Program-made: the position numbers and the translations under genes
Origin: Cenococcum geophilum
Taxonomy: Eukaryota
DNA length: 64,000 bases
Direction of reading: 5' to 3'
Assembly: GCA_050273025.1 (NCBI GenBank)
Contig: CP158636.1
Coordinates: 5,022,001-5,086,000 of the forward strand
The notes under the pieces: model-generated
The model's input: the letters and a program-made list of their open reading frames with translations, nothing else
Database searches by the model: none
Told to the model about the DNA's origin: nothing
Part shown: piece after piece, positions 38,401-51,974 of the stretch
Layout of the letters: the number at the start of each line of letters is the position of its first letter
Position numbering within the stretch: position 1 is the first letter of the stretch

Positions 38401-41400
38401 TAATATATTCTCCGTGTTCTTCCTTACTTATTAAGTAGATAATGATGTCGTTAAGGTATACTATAATAAATTTATCCAAATGTTCTCTTAATACATTGTT
38501 AATACGTTTCTAAAACGTTGCTGGTATATTTATAAGCCCGAACTGTATTACTAATGGCTTATATAGTCCTTCCTTTGACCTAAAGGCTGCCTTTTATTCG
38601 TCGCCTTCCTTAATTTTAATCTAATAGTACGCCTATCTTAAATCTATCTTTGTAAAGATTTGCGCATTACTAATCCTATCTTAGATTTCGCTAATTAAGG
38701 GTAAAGGATACCTATTCTTCCTAGTGATACTATTTAACTATCTATAGTTGATGCATAGCCTAAGTTTCCTGTTTTTCTTTAGTACGAATAGTACTGGATA
38801 TCCTGCTAATAACTACGATGGTCTAATGTATCCCTTTTATAAGTTCTCTTAGATAAACTCTTTTAGTGCTTTCCCTTCTTCTTTAATAAGCTTATAGATT
38901 GGAAAGAACCTTAGACTTATTCCTGGTTCTAATTCTATCTTATAGTCCTATGCTGTATACTCTAATAGCTTTTTACTTTCCGGTGACTATAGTTTCTTGC
39001 CGTACTTATGGTATCTCTTTAGTATATAACTTAGTCCTTTTTCTGTTTCTTTATAGGTCGCCCCTACTTAGTACTATACCATCTTAGCTTGTTATTATAT
39101 CTTGCGGTATTGTGTATCCCTAATATTAACCTAACCTATAACCTAATTAATCTTTAGATTGTATTCCTATAACTAAGGCATTCCTAATACTGCCTTATTA
39201 TTCCCTAATAGTAATATATTAAAAGACATTTTAACTTGTCTCCCTTTAATAGTTATTTAAATTGGTCCTGTTTTAAGATTAATAATGCCTCCTTTATAGG
39301 CTATTAGATCTCCTAAAATTGTAACTAATAGATACGGGTGCTCCTTCTGTCTATATAGTAGCCCTATTTTTTTAACTGCTGTTAGTAATATATGGTTCCT
39401 TATTGCCCTACTATCTATTAACACTTTAAACTGCTAATCTTGCTATTTAATTTGTAAATTTAGGTATTGTCCTTAAATTTCTTTAAAGGTCTAAGGCTCT
39501 ATTACTAGCTCCCTCTAGTCCTATAGGCCTCTACTTTTCCTAACTGTTAGCTATTAGATCCTTATGTACTTAACTTATCTTTTAGCTAATGCTTTATTTG
39601 TTTCTTGTCCTTAATATGCTATAGATATATATTCTTTAGGCATTCCTACTACTATTATCCTTCTAAGCATTCTTCCATAAGGAATCTTCCTAGTTAAAGT
39701 ATTAAGTCTCCTAACTCCTAAACTTTTACTAGATGCCAGCTATGTATATACTTAGTATTTCTATACTATCGCTTATCTGGCGCCTAATACATCCTTATAG
39801 GGTATTTCCGGTTCTTTTCTTTTGGATTTTTATATATTTTGTATATATTATCCATATATACAATCTATAATAGCGTATAGTATGCTAGGTTCTTTAGGTT
39901 AACTCTTAACTCGTCTTTATCTTTAAGTTTAAACCTTTATTATATTAATCTAAACGTCGCGATTTTATTTATAGGTACTAATATACATCTCTTGCTTCTC
40001 TAATCCTCTAATTATTCCTTTAGATCCTTTAATATTATAATTAAGGCTCCCTTAATATAATTTATTGCTTTTTCCGTAATTAGGTAGTCCTAGATAACTC
40101 TCTCGTTTAACTATATATAGAAATCTTCCTACTCGTTATTATGTCTTTGCCTATGCTATCTTTAGTACAGCTACTAAAGTGTATACGGCTTATCCATAAA
40201 GAAGTATCTTCTTATTACTGTATCGTGATAGCCCTTTATATGCCGTTCCTTAAACCTAGTTAGAATCCCTAGATCCTCTTTATTTTCTAGTTCAGTAAGC
40301 TACTTAGCTCTTAGTATGCCTACTCTTAGCCTATTAGTAATTCTTTATACCAGTACTTTGTCTCGTATACAACTAAATATACTAGATCTTATATCTAGTC
40401 CTTTCCTTTACTATATAAGGATTCTTGCTTTAAATTCCTCTATAGTTTCTTATGGTTTACGTCTTATAACTAGATCCTTAAAGTCTTCTTACTTCTTAAT
40501 CGCACTATTAACTTTTTAATCTTCAGTCTAAACACCATATTTAACTAATAAGTCCTCTAGGTTTATGTATCTGTCTCCTAGTCTAACTGCTATTTATATT
40601 GCAGATTCTCTAATCTATAAAGAAGCTATTTACTTCTTACCTGTAGGTATCCTAATTTATACCCCAAATTCTTAACCCCTTAGATTCTTTAATCCTAAGC
40701 TTGCTTCTTTCTTAAGCTATACTCTAGCCTTAGTCTAACTAGGCTTAACTGGTGTTCTCATCTTATCTTAAGAGTCTTAAATCTCACTTATTTTATCTTA
40801 AGAGTCTTATGCCTTTAGAAAACTTTATCCTAAGCTTATTTGTATATTACTAAACTAAGCCGTTACTCTGCTCTATCGGTTATCATCTATTATAGGTCCC
40901 TAAGTATGCCTCATTTCATCTTAAAAATCTTAGTTGTTTCTTATCTCGTCTTAAGAATCTTAAGCCTTTAGCCTTTTGCCTTTATTAAGTAGTAAGCTAG
41001 CACTAATAGTTATCTACTTGCTTAATCGTTTCTAGATATTACTCCTTCCGTCTTATAAAGTGATAGATGCCGTATCTAACGGTATTATAATGCCCGTTAC
41101 TAAACCTTGCTCTATAGCGGTTTTAGTCTCTACTTTTATTACATTATCAAGGTTTAGATACCCCCAGTTAGTTCCTTTTTCTTTCTTGTCGCTATTAATT
41201 AATAAGTACTCCGACTCCATTATTATTGTTACTAATCTTTATCCGCACGTTGCTATAATATCTTAATTTAGCTCGTAGAGTTAATCTTATTCTTTATCTA
41301 ACTCTTTAGTTCCTTTAAGTCCTTTTAACTTTAGCTCTTATAGCTAATAGCTTGCACCGTACTTGGCGTCTTTATAAATTTGGTATATGTTATTATAATA

Positions 41401-42606
41401 AAACGTAAAACTTCTAATTAAACATTCTTTTGTTCCTTATAGTGCACTATTATCCCTCTATATATATATGTTACGTACTATTAGTCTAATTTCCTTTACT
41501 ATATAATAACTCTAACTACTCTTATAGTTTCTGGCGAAATAACCCTGTTTTCCGTAATTTATGCAAGCTCTATCTTTAAACTATTACTTTTACTATAGAG
41601 TCCGCTCAAACGTCTTCTGTACTTAAGATCCTTAGTTTAGCCTATACTCCTTAGTCCTGTAATTACTTAATCCTTAACTTCTAGGTTTCTATAATTACTT
41701 TCCTTATCTCTTATAGGTTTCTTTAGTACTACTTAGGTTTATTAGCTCTGCGCTATACTATAGTTTCTAATTTAGCTTTAGTTATTACGTACTCTACGTC
41801 TTATATAACTATGGAACTCTGTCCTAGCCTCTCTTAGCCTATTCCCTTTAGAAGATCCTATTGTTAATCTTAATTGCTTAATCTATTAATTCCCTTAGGA
41901 TATCTGCATCTTCTATTAGAATAATTACGTCCTAGACTTTAGCCTTAAGTCCCTGTTTATACTATGCTATAAGCGCCTTATTATTCCATTTAACCTATAT
42001 AGTAAGTGTTTAAAACTATATCGTGTACTTAATTACTAAAGTTCACTGTATTAGGTCCTAAAGCTTTTTCTTTACTATAGTTATTGCTTCTAGGTCCCTA
42101 AATATCTATATTAATTATTCCGCGAATCCTGCCTAGCTAGAAAACACAAATCGTACCTCTTAATTAGTAGTAGTCATTCCGTTAGTTTGTATTTCCGTTA
42201 AGTAGGGTTTAAACTATTTAAGTGCCCTTCCTAATAGAAATAGTCCTGCGTAGGCTATTTAATCTATTGTCGTAGCTAACTTAGCCCCTTCTTGCATAAC
42301 TTTAAAATGCATTTGCGTTAGAAATCCTTTAAGCTTTGATCTCTTACCTAAGAATTATTTAATTAAAGGTAACTTAACCTTTGCTGCTCCGATTCCATTA
42401 AGTCTTTCTTTAAGTATTTAGTTGTTTTTGTTTAACCTATTAATAATTTCCTGTAACTGTCCAACTGTAACTAGTTATGAGTTAGTATCTTGTATATTTA
42501 TATCTCCACTTAACCTTAAAGTGGTTGCTGCCGTTAACGGCGTTGTGGTGGCTGCTTTTAGTGGTATGTTGTTTAACTTCTAAGACTATAACTATAGTAG
42601 TAATTA

Positions 42607-43025
42607 TATAACGGAACCTTATAGCAGGAACTACGGTGGATTTGTTAATAGGCTAGGTATATAGGTATTGTAAAGTTAATAACGTAATAATAACTAGTGG
42701 AGTAGTTGCCTAACAGATTAACTCTAATTGTATTCTAAGAATTACTATAAGGAAAGGAACTATCTAGGTAGGGACCGAGGGTCCTTAAATACACAACCGT
42801 ACTCCTATGAAATCCTCCTTATATATGATGTACGTGTTATATATAAGGTACGTAAGTTCCTCTCGTTCCTTTCGTTTAATATATAGCACGTTATGTGACC
42901 TCGGCTACTATTCCTCGTCACATGGTTCTATCGGCTCTATTCTAGACCGTGCTTATATTAACCAACTAGCTTCTTCCGACTCTTCCCTAAGTAGTCGTAA
43001 CATCGTACTTAAAGCGTTTGTAACA
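42607..43025 (-). repeat. 5' LTR of A2
   Basis: Direct repeat of 35049-35467; ends GTAACA followed by the TSD. Confidence 0.95.
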
Positions 43026-43030
43026 CCCTA

Positions 43031-43855
43031 TAAGGATATATTAGGCGCTTAATAAGTAATAGTATAGAAATACTAAGTATATATATAGATAGTATTTAGT
43101 AGAAGTTTAAGGGTTAGGAAACTTAATACTTTAACTAAAAAGATGCCTTATAGAAGAATACTTAAACGGATAATAGTAGTAGAAATGCCTAAAGAATATA
43201 TATTTATAGTATATTAAAGATAAAAAGCGAACTAGGTATTAGCTAAAAAGTAAGCTAAATATAATAGGATTAAGCAGCTAATAGTTAGAAAAAGTAAAGG
43301 CCTATAAAACTAAAGAGAGCTAGTAATAAAGCCTTAAACCCTTAAAGGAATTTAAAAATAATACTTAAATTTATAAGTTAATTAGTAAGATTAATAGTTA
43401 AAGTATTAATAGATAGTAGAGTAATAAGAAACTATATCTTACTAGTAGTAGTTAAATAAATAGAATTACCTTATAGATAGAAGAGGCACCTATATCTATT
43501 AGTTATAATTTTAGAAGATCTAATAGCTTATAGAGGAGGCATTATTAACCTTAAAATAGGACCTATTTAGATAACCATTAAAGGGAGATAAATTAAGATA
43601 TTTTTTAATATCTTACTATTAGGACGGAATAAGGTAGTATTAGGTATACCTTAATTATAGGAATATAATTTAAAGATTAATTAGGTTATAGGCTAAGCTA
43701 ATATTAAAAATACGCGATAATATAAGATATAGTAATAAATTAAAATAGTATAGTACTAAGTTGGAGTAATATATAGGGAAACTAAGAGGGTTATTTTATA
43801 TACTAAAGAAATACTATAAGTATAGCAAAAAATTATAGAGCCTAAAAAGTAAGAA
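43031..43855 (+). mobile_element. Gypsy A1 segment 2: end of gag and protease, cut by A4
   Basis: Continues the sequence interrupted at 35048. Protease LIDSGA.RN (~43405) and VLG.PWL..YNP.IDW (~43635). Confidence 0.88.
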
Positions 43856-43873
43856 TGTTATAGACCTTATATC

Positions 43874-44294
43874 TATAACGAAGCCTTATAGTAGGAACTA
43901 CGGTAAACTTATTAATGGGCTGGGTATATAGGTAAATAAGAAGTTAACAACGTAATAATAACTAGTGGAGTAGTTACCTAATAGATTAACTCTAATTATA
44001 TTCTAAGATTCACTACAAAGGAGAGAACTATCTAGGTAGGGACTGTGGTCCTTTAAATATACAACCGTACTCCTAAGAAATCCCCTTAGTACGTAAGGTA
44101 CGTATACTCTATCTACTTTATTATAGATCCTATAGATTATATAGATTATATAGATTACATTATATAACCTTAGTTACTATTCCTCGTTATATAGCTCTAT
44201 TGGCTTTATCCTAAACTATGCCTAAATTAATTAACTAGCTTCTTCCGACTTCTCTCCTAGTAGTCGCAATATTATACTTAAAGCGTCCGTAACA
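43874..44294 (-). repeat. 3' LTR of A3
   Basis: Direct repeat of 51554-51974, followed by the PPT complement CTATCTCCCTCCTC. Confidence 0.95.
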
Positions 44295-47218
44295 CTATCT
44301 CCCTCCTCTTTATTTTTATCCTTAAAGATTTAAAATATCTCTAAGTTATTTACTAGAGGTATAATATCCGTCTAATTAATTTAGTTAATATCTTTACTTA
44401 TTATACCTAAAGCTCTTTCTCTTTCCTTAACTGTTTATTATACTCGCATTATTACTGCAATACTATCTCTTAGTAAAATTATACTATCTCCGTATTCTCG
44501 CTGCTTAAAAGAGGGGTTAGTCTATATTACGTTAGCGAGTCCATCTTTATAATAACTATCCTCTTACTTAAAGTGCACTAAAGCAAATATTTGTTTATCC
44601 TATAACGTTTACTCCGTCTCTAATACTAAATATACGTAACTTATTACTTTTAATAGTTATCTAGTTCCTTAATTAATTTGCCTTAGGGTCTTATATTTAA
44701 TCTGCTGCTACGCAGCTAGATAATAAACTGTCTATTACTCTGGCGGAACTTTATCGTTCTTATAATGCTAAATAAGAGGCTACTAAAGCTTAGCAAAGAG
44801 CCCTTAATTCTTATCTTATAGCGTCCGCTTAGTTAATCTATCTTAAGAAGGTTTATAAGAAGGTCCGTTTTAAGGAGTAAAAACTAGTGGAATAAGGTTT
44901 ATAGGAACTTGGTAATAAAAGAACGGATTTTTTTTTAACCGCGAAGGAAATAAATCTAAGTAGTTCGGTAACTGCTCTTCTTAGGTCCCCCTTAGGTGAC
45001 TTATTCTTTAGAAATCCTTCTTTATTAATACTGCCTAACCTAATCTCTTCTAATACTCCTATACCTTTTCTATAGCGTTCTTTAAATTCTTTAGTAGTTC
45101 CTAGGTAGTCTTATTATAGCCTATTTACTTAACCTTATACCATATTTTGTTATTAATATCCTTATAACTAATAATCTTTAAAACTTACTATTTGTCTTTT
45201 TTCTATCCTTTATATGTATCTGCTTTATAAACTAGTGGCTTAATATTCCTATATACTAGCTCTAGCATTATAATATACTATATAGGGTAGATCTTTATTT
45301 TAGCTAGTAAGTTTAATTTAAATATAACTAGTGAAATTCTCTATGTAATTTTAAAAGGTCCTAGTCTAACGTAGTCTAACTTCTTACTTAGTCGTTAACT
45401 CTTAAAAATTTTGTATAGTAGCTATACTTTATCTCCCTCCTTAAGATCTAGTCCCTTAGATCTCTTAGCATTATAGTACTTTTTTATTCTCTCTTATACT
45501 TTCTTTACTAATTCTATAAGGTCTACATAAAGATTTATTAACGTCTTTATTCTTTTTTTGGCTATACTACTCGTTTTCTTTACTTACTATAGTAATAACA
45601 ATATTCTTAGCTTATATCTATAATTTACCTTAAATAGTAATATGCCTATTCCTTCCTATAGTATTATATTATATATAAACTATATAACTAGTAATAACGA
45701 TACCTAATTATTCTATACGTAATTAATATAATGCCTTAAATACTGTTTTAGCGTCTAATTTAATCTTTCTATTTAACCGTCTGTCTATAGATAATATATA
45801 GTAGAAGTTACTACTTAAACTCCTTACTCCACTAAGAATACCTCCTAGAATACTGCTATAAATCTTAGATCTCTGTCTAATATAATCTTACTTAGTGCTC
45901 TATGTCTTGCAAATACTTCTTTAATATAGATTTTAGCGACATCCTCTACTAAGATTTCCTCTGTGCATGCTATAAAGTAGCCCCACTTTATAAGCTTATT
46001 TACTATTACTAAAATCGCGTTATAATCTTGTCCGGTAATAGGATCCCTTAACTTTAGTAACTTAATAATAAAGTCCTATAATATAACCTCCTATAGTCTC
46101 TCTGGTATTTTAATAGGTTATAGCCCTTTATATAGCTTATGCCTTATTAGTTTATTCCTTTAGCAATGTAAATATTCTTTTATTACTTTTTTCGCGATAT
46201 TCTAGATTTTGTTAATAATATACTCTTTTTATAGCCTTAATACTAAGCCTGTTGCTCCATTATGTCCTTAAGTTATTCCCTTATAAAAATCCTCTATAAA
46301 ATACTCTGCTATGCTTCTTAGGATATACTTCGCTTCTTAATTTTCGTATATATCCATTTATAGATCTTCTAGCTATGCTTTTAGAATTTTCTATACCTAA
46401 AAGCTTTCTAGTGTCTCATAAACCTTTCCTAGTTTATTATCCTCTTAAGTTGCTACTAGTTTAGGGTAATTATATCTAATTAATCTATCCTTATCTCTGC
46501 GTAGCATTACTCCCAATAGTTTCTTATTATTCTGTAGTTTAGCCTTTCTACTAAGTGTATCTACCCTTACATTCTTAGTTCCTTTAGTATATTAGATCTT
46601 AAAATAGTATTTTATAAGCATCTCTACCTATCTAACTTATCTTTAATTAAGTTCTTTTGTTATTAGGAACCCTATTAGGTTCTTATAATCTATCTTAACT
46701 ATAAATAGTTTTTCTACGCCTTGTAAGAACGCTCTCTATTCCTTAAGTGCTGTAACTATACCTAATAACTCCTTATTATAGACGTTATAGTTTAACTCTA
46801 GTAGTGTTATCTTTCTACTATAGTATGCCACTAGATGCTATGCGTCCTTATACTTCTATAGCAAATATACTCCTAGTATATAGTCTAATATGTCTGTTTT
46901 TACAACTATATCTAGTCCTAGTTAATAGATTTTAAGGATTAGCTCCTAGGTAAATAACTCCTTAAGTTCTTTAAACAACTTCTTTTACTTATTCCCCTAT
47001 ACCTATAGTTCCTCTTTCTTTATAAGCCTAGTAAATAGTTTAATATTCTTTAACTACTATACTATAAACCTTCTATAGTAGTTATAAAACCCTAAAAATA
47101 ACCTTAACTATATTATATTCTTTGGTTCTTACCAACTTACTATAGCTTTAATCTTCTTTAGGTCTATACTAATATAACCTAGTTTAATAATAAATCCAAT
47201 AAAATTGGTCTTCCTTAT

Positions 47219-47358
47219 CCCTTGCAACGTCAAAATGGGTCCTTAGGTTATCGATAAGAACTAACCAATTAAATTAGCTGGATTCGGTGCCTGTACTTAG
47301 AAATTTGTAGGTTTTCCCGCACGGACTACTTACTCTAAGGACCCTGACGTTGCAAGGG
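47219..47358. mobile_element. MITE, 140 bp, inserted in the RT region of A3
   Basis: Perfect 14-bp TIR CCCTTGCAACGTCA / TGACGTTGCAAGGG plus 10 bp subterminal IR GGGTCCTTAG / CTAAGGACCC. Absent from the homologous sites in A2 (~38327-38345) and A4. Confidence 0.93.
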
Positions 47359-50300
47359 ATAAAGAACTTGTATTTTTTAATTGCTACTAGCATCTATTCT
47401 TCTTATAGTTTCTTTAAGACCCATTTAACGTGTTCCCCGTGTTCTTCCTTAGTTATTAAATAGATAATAATATCGTTAAGGTATACTATAATAAACTTAT
47501 TAAGGTATTCTCCTAATACACTATTAATTTATTTCTAAAATATTACTAGTATATTTATTAATCCGAATTGCATAACTAATAGCTTATATAGTCCTTCTCT
47601 TAACCTAAAGGCTGCCTTCTATTTATTGCCTTCCTTAATTCTAATTTAATGGTACGCCTATCTTAGATCTATTTTTATAAAGATTTGCGCATTACCTATC
47701 TAATTCTAGATTTTGCTAATTAAGGGTAAAGAATACCTATTCTTTTAAGTAATGCTGTTTAACTATTTATAGTTAATATATAGCCTAAGCTTTCTATTTT
47801 TCTTTAGTATAAACAGTACTAGATATCCCGCTAATAACTGCGAAGGTCTAATATATCCCTTTTATAAGTTCTCCTAGATAAACTCTTTAAGTGCGCTTAA
47901 CTCCTCTTAAGTAAGCTTATAGATTAGAAAGAACCTTAGACTTATTCTTAGTTCTAACTCTATTTTATAGTCCTATGCTATATAATCTACTAGCTTTTTA
48001 CTTTCTAGTAACTATAGTTTTTTGCTATACTTATGGTATCTCTTTAGTATATAACTTAAGCCTTACTTAGTCTCTTTATATATCGCTCCGACTTAGTACT
48101 ATACTAACTTAGTTTGCTATTATATTTTACGGCATTAAGTATCTCTAATATTAACCTAGCCTGTAATCTAATTAATCCTTAAATTATATTCCTATAACTA
48201 AGGTATTCCTAATACTGCCTTATCCCGTCCTAATAGTAGGATATTAAAAGATATTTTAATTTATCTTCCTTTAATAGTTATCTAAATAGGTTCTGTTTTA
48301 AGATTAATGATCCCTCCTCTATAGGCTATTGGATCTCCTAAAATTGTAACTAATAGGTAAGGTTACTCTTTTTGTCTATAAGGTAATCCTATTCTTTTAA
48401 CTGCTACTAGTAAAATATAGTTCCGCGTTACTCCACTATTTATTAGCGCTTTAAACTATTAATCTTACTAATTAACTTATAGGTTTAGGTATTGTCCTTA
48501 AATTCCTTTAAGGGTTTAAGGCTCTACTACTAGCTCCCTTTAGTTCTGTAGGCCTCTACTTTTCCTAACTATTAGCTGCTTAATCCTGTTGCATTTAGCT
48601 TACTTTTTAGCTAATACCTAGTTCGCTTTTTATCTTTAATATACTATAGATATATGTTCTTAGGGTATTCCCACCACTATTATCCGTCTAAGTATTCTTC
48701 TGTAAGGAATCTTCCTAGCTAAAGTACTAAACTTTCTTCCTTTTAGACTTTTACTGGATGCCATCTATATATATATTTAGTATTTCTATACTGTTACTTA
48801 TCTATTATCTAGTATATCCTTATAGGGTATTTCCGATTCTTTTTCTTTAAATTCTTATATATCTCGCATATATTATCTACGTATGCAATCTATAATAGCA
48901 TATAGTATACTAGGTACTTTAGGTTAACTCTTAACTTATCTTTATCCTTAAGTTTAAACCTTTATTATACCAATCTAAACGTTATAACTTTATTTACAGG
49001 TACTAAGATGTGTCTTTTTCTTCTCTAGTCCTCTAATTATTCCTTTAGATCCTTTAACGTTATAATTAAGGCTCCCTTAATATAATTTATAGCCTTCTCT
49101 ATAATTAGGTAGTTTTAGATAACTCTTTTATCTAACTATATATAGAAATCTTCCTACTTATTATTATGTTGTTGTCTATACTACTTTTAGTATAGCTACT
49201 AGAGTATATACGGCTTGTCCGTAAGGAAGTATCTTCTTATTACTACGTTATAACAGCCCTTTATATATCGTTCTTTAAACCTAGTAGAGATCCCTAGATC
49301 CTCTTTATCTTCTAGTTCGGTAAGCTACTTAGCTCTTAGTATGCCTACCCTAGGCCTATTAATAATTCTTCGTACTAGCACTTTATCCCTTATACGTCCT
49401 AATATACTAGATCTCTTATCTAGTTTCTGTTCTTGCTATACAATAATTCCTTATCTAAATTCTTCTATAGTTTCTTTTAGTTTGCGTCTTGCGCTTAAAT
49501 CCTTAAAGTCTTCTTACTTCTTAATCTTAGTGTTGATATTTTAATCTTTAGGCCGAACACTATATTCTCCTAGTAAGTTTTCTAGGTCTATATGTCTGTC
49601 TCCTAGTTTAATTACTATTTACACTATAGATTCTCTAATCTGTAAAGAAGCCTCTTACCTTTTATATATGGGTGTCTTTATTTATACTCTAAATTCTTAG
49701 CCCCTTTAGATTCTTGATCCTAAGCTTGCTTCTATCTTAAGCCTTACTCCAGCCTTAGTTTAACTAGGCTTTACTAGTGTTCTCATCTCGTCTTATAAGT
49801 CTTAAATCTCACTTATCTCGTCTTAAAAGTCTTATACCTTTAGGAAACTTCGTCCTAAGCTTATTTATATATCGCTAAACTAAGCCATTGCTCTACTCTA
49901 TTAGTTTTCGTCCGTTATAGGTCCTTAAGCTTACCTTATCTTATCTTAAGAATCTTAGTCATCTCTTATCTCGTCTTAAGAATCTTAAGCTTTTGGCCTT
50001 TTGCCTTTATTAAGTGCCGAAGTAGTTTACTGCCTTACTTCTCTTACATCTTATAAAGCGATAGACATCGTATCTAGTAGGGTCTTAATCCCTACTAATG
50101 TTCCCTATTTTATAGTAGAATCATCCTCTACCTTTAGTATAATATCTCTGAGGTCTACTCGCTCCTAGTAAGCGGCCTTTATCGCCTTATTGTTATAAAA
50201 TGTTTTACCTATATTAAAGTTATTATCCTTAATATCCGATCTGTGAACTGGTTTATTAGTTCCTCTATATCCTATAGGTGCTAGCTCTTATAGCTAATAG

Positions 50301-51553
50301 CTTGCGCTATACTTAGCGTTTTTATAAATTTGGTATGCGTTATTGTAATAAAACGTAAAACTTTTAATTAAACACTCTTTTGTTCCTCGCAGTATATTAT
50401 TATCCCTTTATACGTATATATCGTCTATTAATCTTATACCTTTTATTATGTGGTAACTCTGCCTACTTCTACAGTCTAACATAATAACCCTGTTTTCCGT
50501 AATTTATATAAGCTCCTTCTTTAAACCATTTTTCTTGCTATAAAGTCCGCCTAAACGTCTTCTACTACTAAGATCCCTAGTTTAGCCTCTGCTCTTTAGA
50601 CCTTTAATTACTTAATTCTTATCCTCTAGGTTTCCATAATCTTTTATTCTACTTTCTAGATTCTTTGGTACTACTTAGGTCTATTAGCTCTGCGCTATAC
50701 CATAGTTTTTAACTTAGCTTCGGTCGTTACGTACTTTACGCCTTATATAACTATAGAACTTTATCCTAGCCTTTCTTAGCCTGTTCCCTTTAGTAGATCC
50801 TATTATTAATCTTTATTACTTAATCTATTAGTTCCCTTAGGGTGTCCGTATCTTCTATTAGGATAATTATATTCTAAACTTTAGCCTTAAGTCCTTGCTT
50901 ATACTGTGCTATAAGCGCCTTATTATTTCACTCTACTTGCGTTACTAATGTCTAGAACTGCGTGGTATACTTAATTACTAAGGTTCGTTGCGTAATGTCT
51001 TAAAGTTTTCTTTCCGCTATGGTTGTTAATTTTAGGTTTCTAAATATCTATATAAGCCGTTCTATAAACCCTTCCTAGCTTAAGAACATAAACCGTATAT
51101 CTTAATTGGTAGTTATTATACCATTTGCTTGTATCTCTGTAAGGTAAGGCTTAAACTATTTAAGTGCTCTTCCTAATAGGAATAGTCCCGCATATACTAT
51201 TTAATCCATAGGTGTTAGTAGCTTTACCCCTTCTTGCGTAATCTTAAAGTGCATTTATATAAGAAATCCCTTAAGTTTTAACCTTTCTTCTAAATATCTC
51301 TTAATTAATAGTAGCTTAATCTTTGCTACTCTAATCCCATTAATTCTGTTTTCTAATATCGCATTATTTTCTATTAGCTAGTTAACTATCTTTTATAATT
51401 ATCCGACCGTTATAGGTTACTATAAGTTAGTGTCCGCTATACTGGTGTCATTACCTAATTTTAAAGTAGTTGCTGCCGTCAATGGCGTTATAGCTGGTGC
51501 TTTTAGTGGTATATTGTTCGACTTTATTAATACCGTAACCTTAGTAGTAAATA

Positions 51554-51974
51554 TACAACGAAGCCTTGTAGTAGGAACTACGGTAGACTTATTAATGGGC
51601 TAGGTATATAGGTAAATAAGAAGTTAATAACGTAATAATAACTAGTGGAGTAGTTGCCTAATAGATTAACTCTAATTATATTCTAAGATTTACTATAAAG
51701 GAGAGAACTATCTAGGTAGGGACTGTGGTCCTTTAAATATATAACCGTACTCTTAAGAAATCCCCTTAGTACATAAGGTATGTGTGCTCTGTCTGCTTTA
51801 TTATAGATCCTGCGGATTATACAGATTATATAGATCACGTTATGTGACCTTGGTTACCATTCCTCGTCACATAGCTCTATCGGCTCTATCCTGGACCGTG
51901 CCTAAATTAACCAACTAGCTTCTTTTAACTCCTCTCCTAGTAGTCGTAATATCGTACTTAAAGCGTCTGTAACA
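51554..51974 (-). repeat. 5' LTR of A3
   Basis: Direct repeat of 43874-44294. Confidence 0.95.

Larger units (their letters stand above)
35049..43025 (-). mobile_element. Gypsy A2, complete, 7977 bp (gag-PR-RT-RH-IN-chromodomain)
   Basis: 419-bp LTRs at 35049-35467 and 42607-43025. TSD CCCTA at 35044-35048 and 43026-43030. PPT at 35468-35483. YLDDIII (~38450), chromodomain WYKVKW.GY.ETTWEP (~36245-36295). Confidence 0.96.
43874..51974 (-). mobile_element. Gypsy A3, complete, inserted 18 bp into the 5' LTR of A4
   Basis: 421-bp LTRs at 43874-44294 and 51554-51974. TSD ATATC at 43869-43873 and 51975-51979. Colinear with A2. Confidence 0.96.

Noticed and set aside
40760..40960. Short TCTCGTCTTAAGAATCTT-type repeats in family A
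   Set aside because: These are coding DSQDE-like peptide repeats in a variable gag linker, not a separate element.
38899..49544. Short + strand ORFs at 38899, 40316, 41060, 42807 and 49341
   Set aside because: They are antisense to RIPed gag-pol or lie within LTRs of A2/A3, and have the I/L/Y/S-rich composition typical of RIP artefacts.
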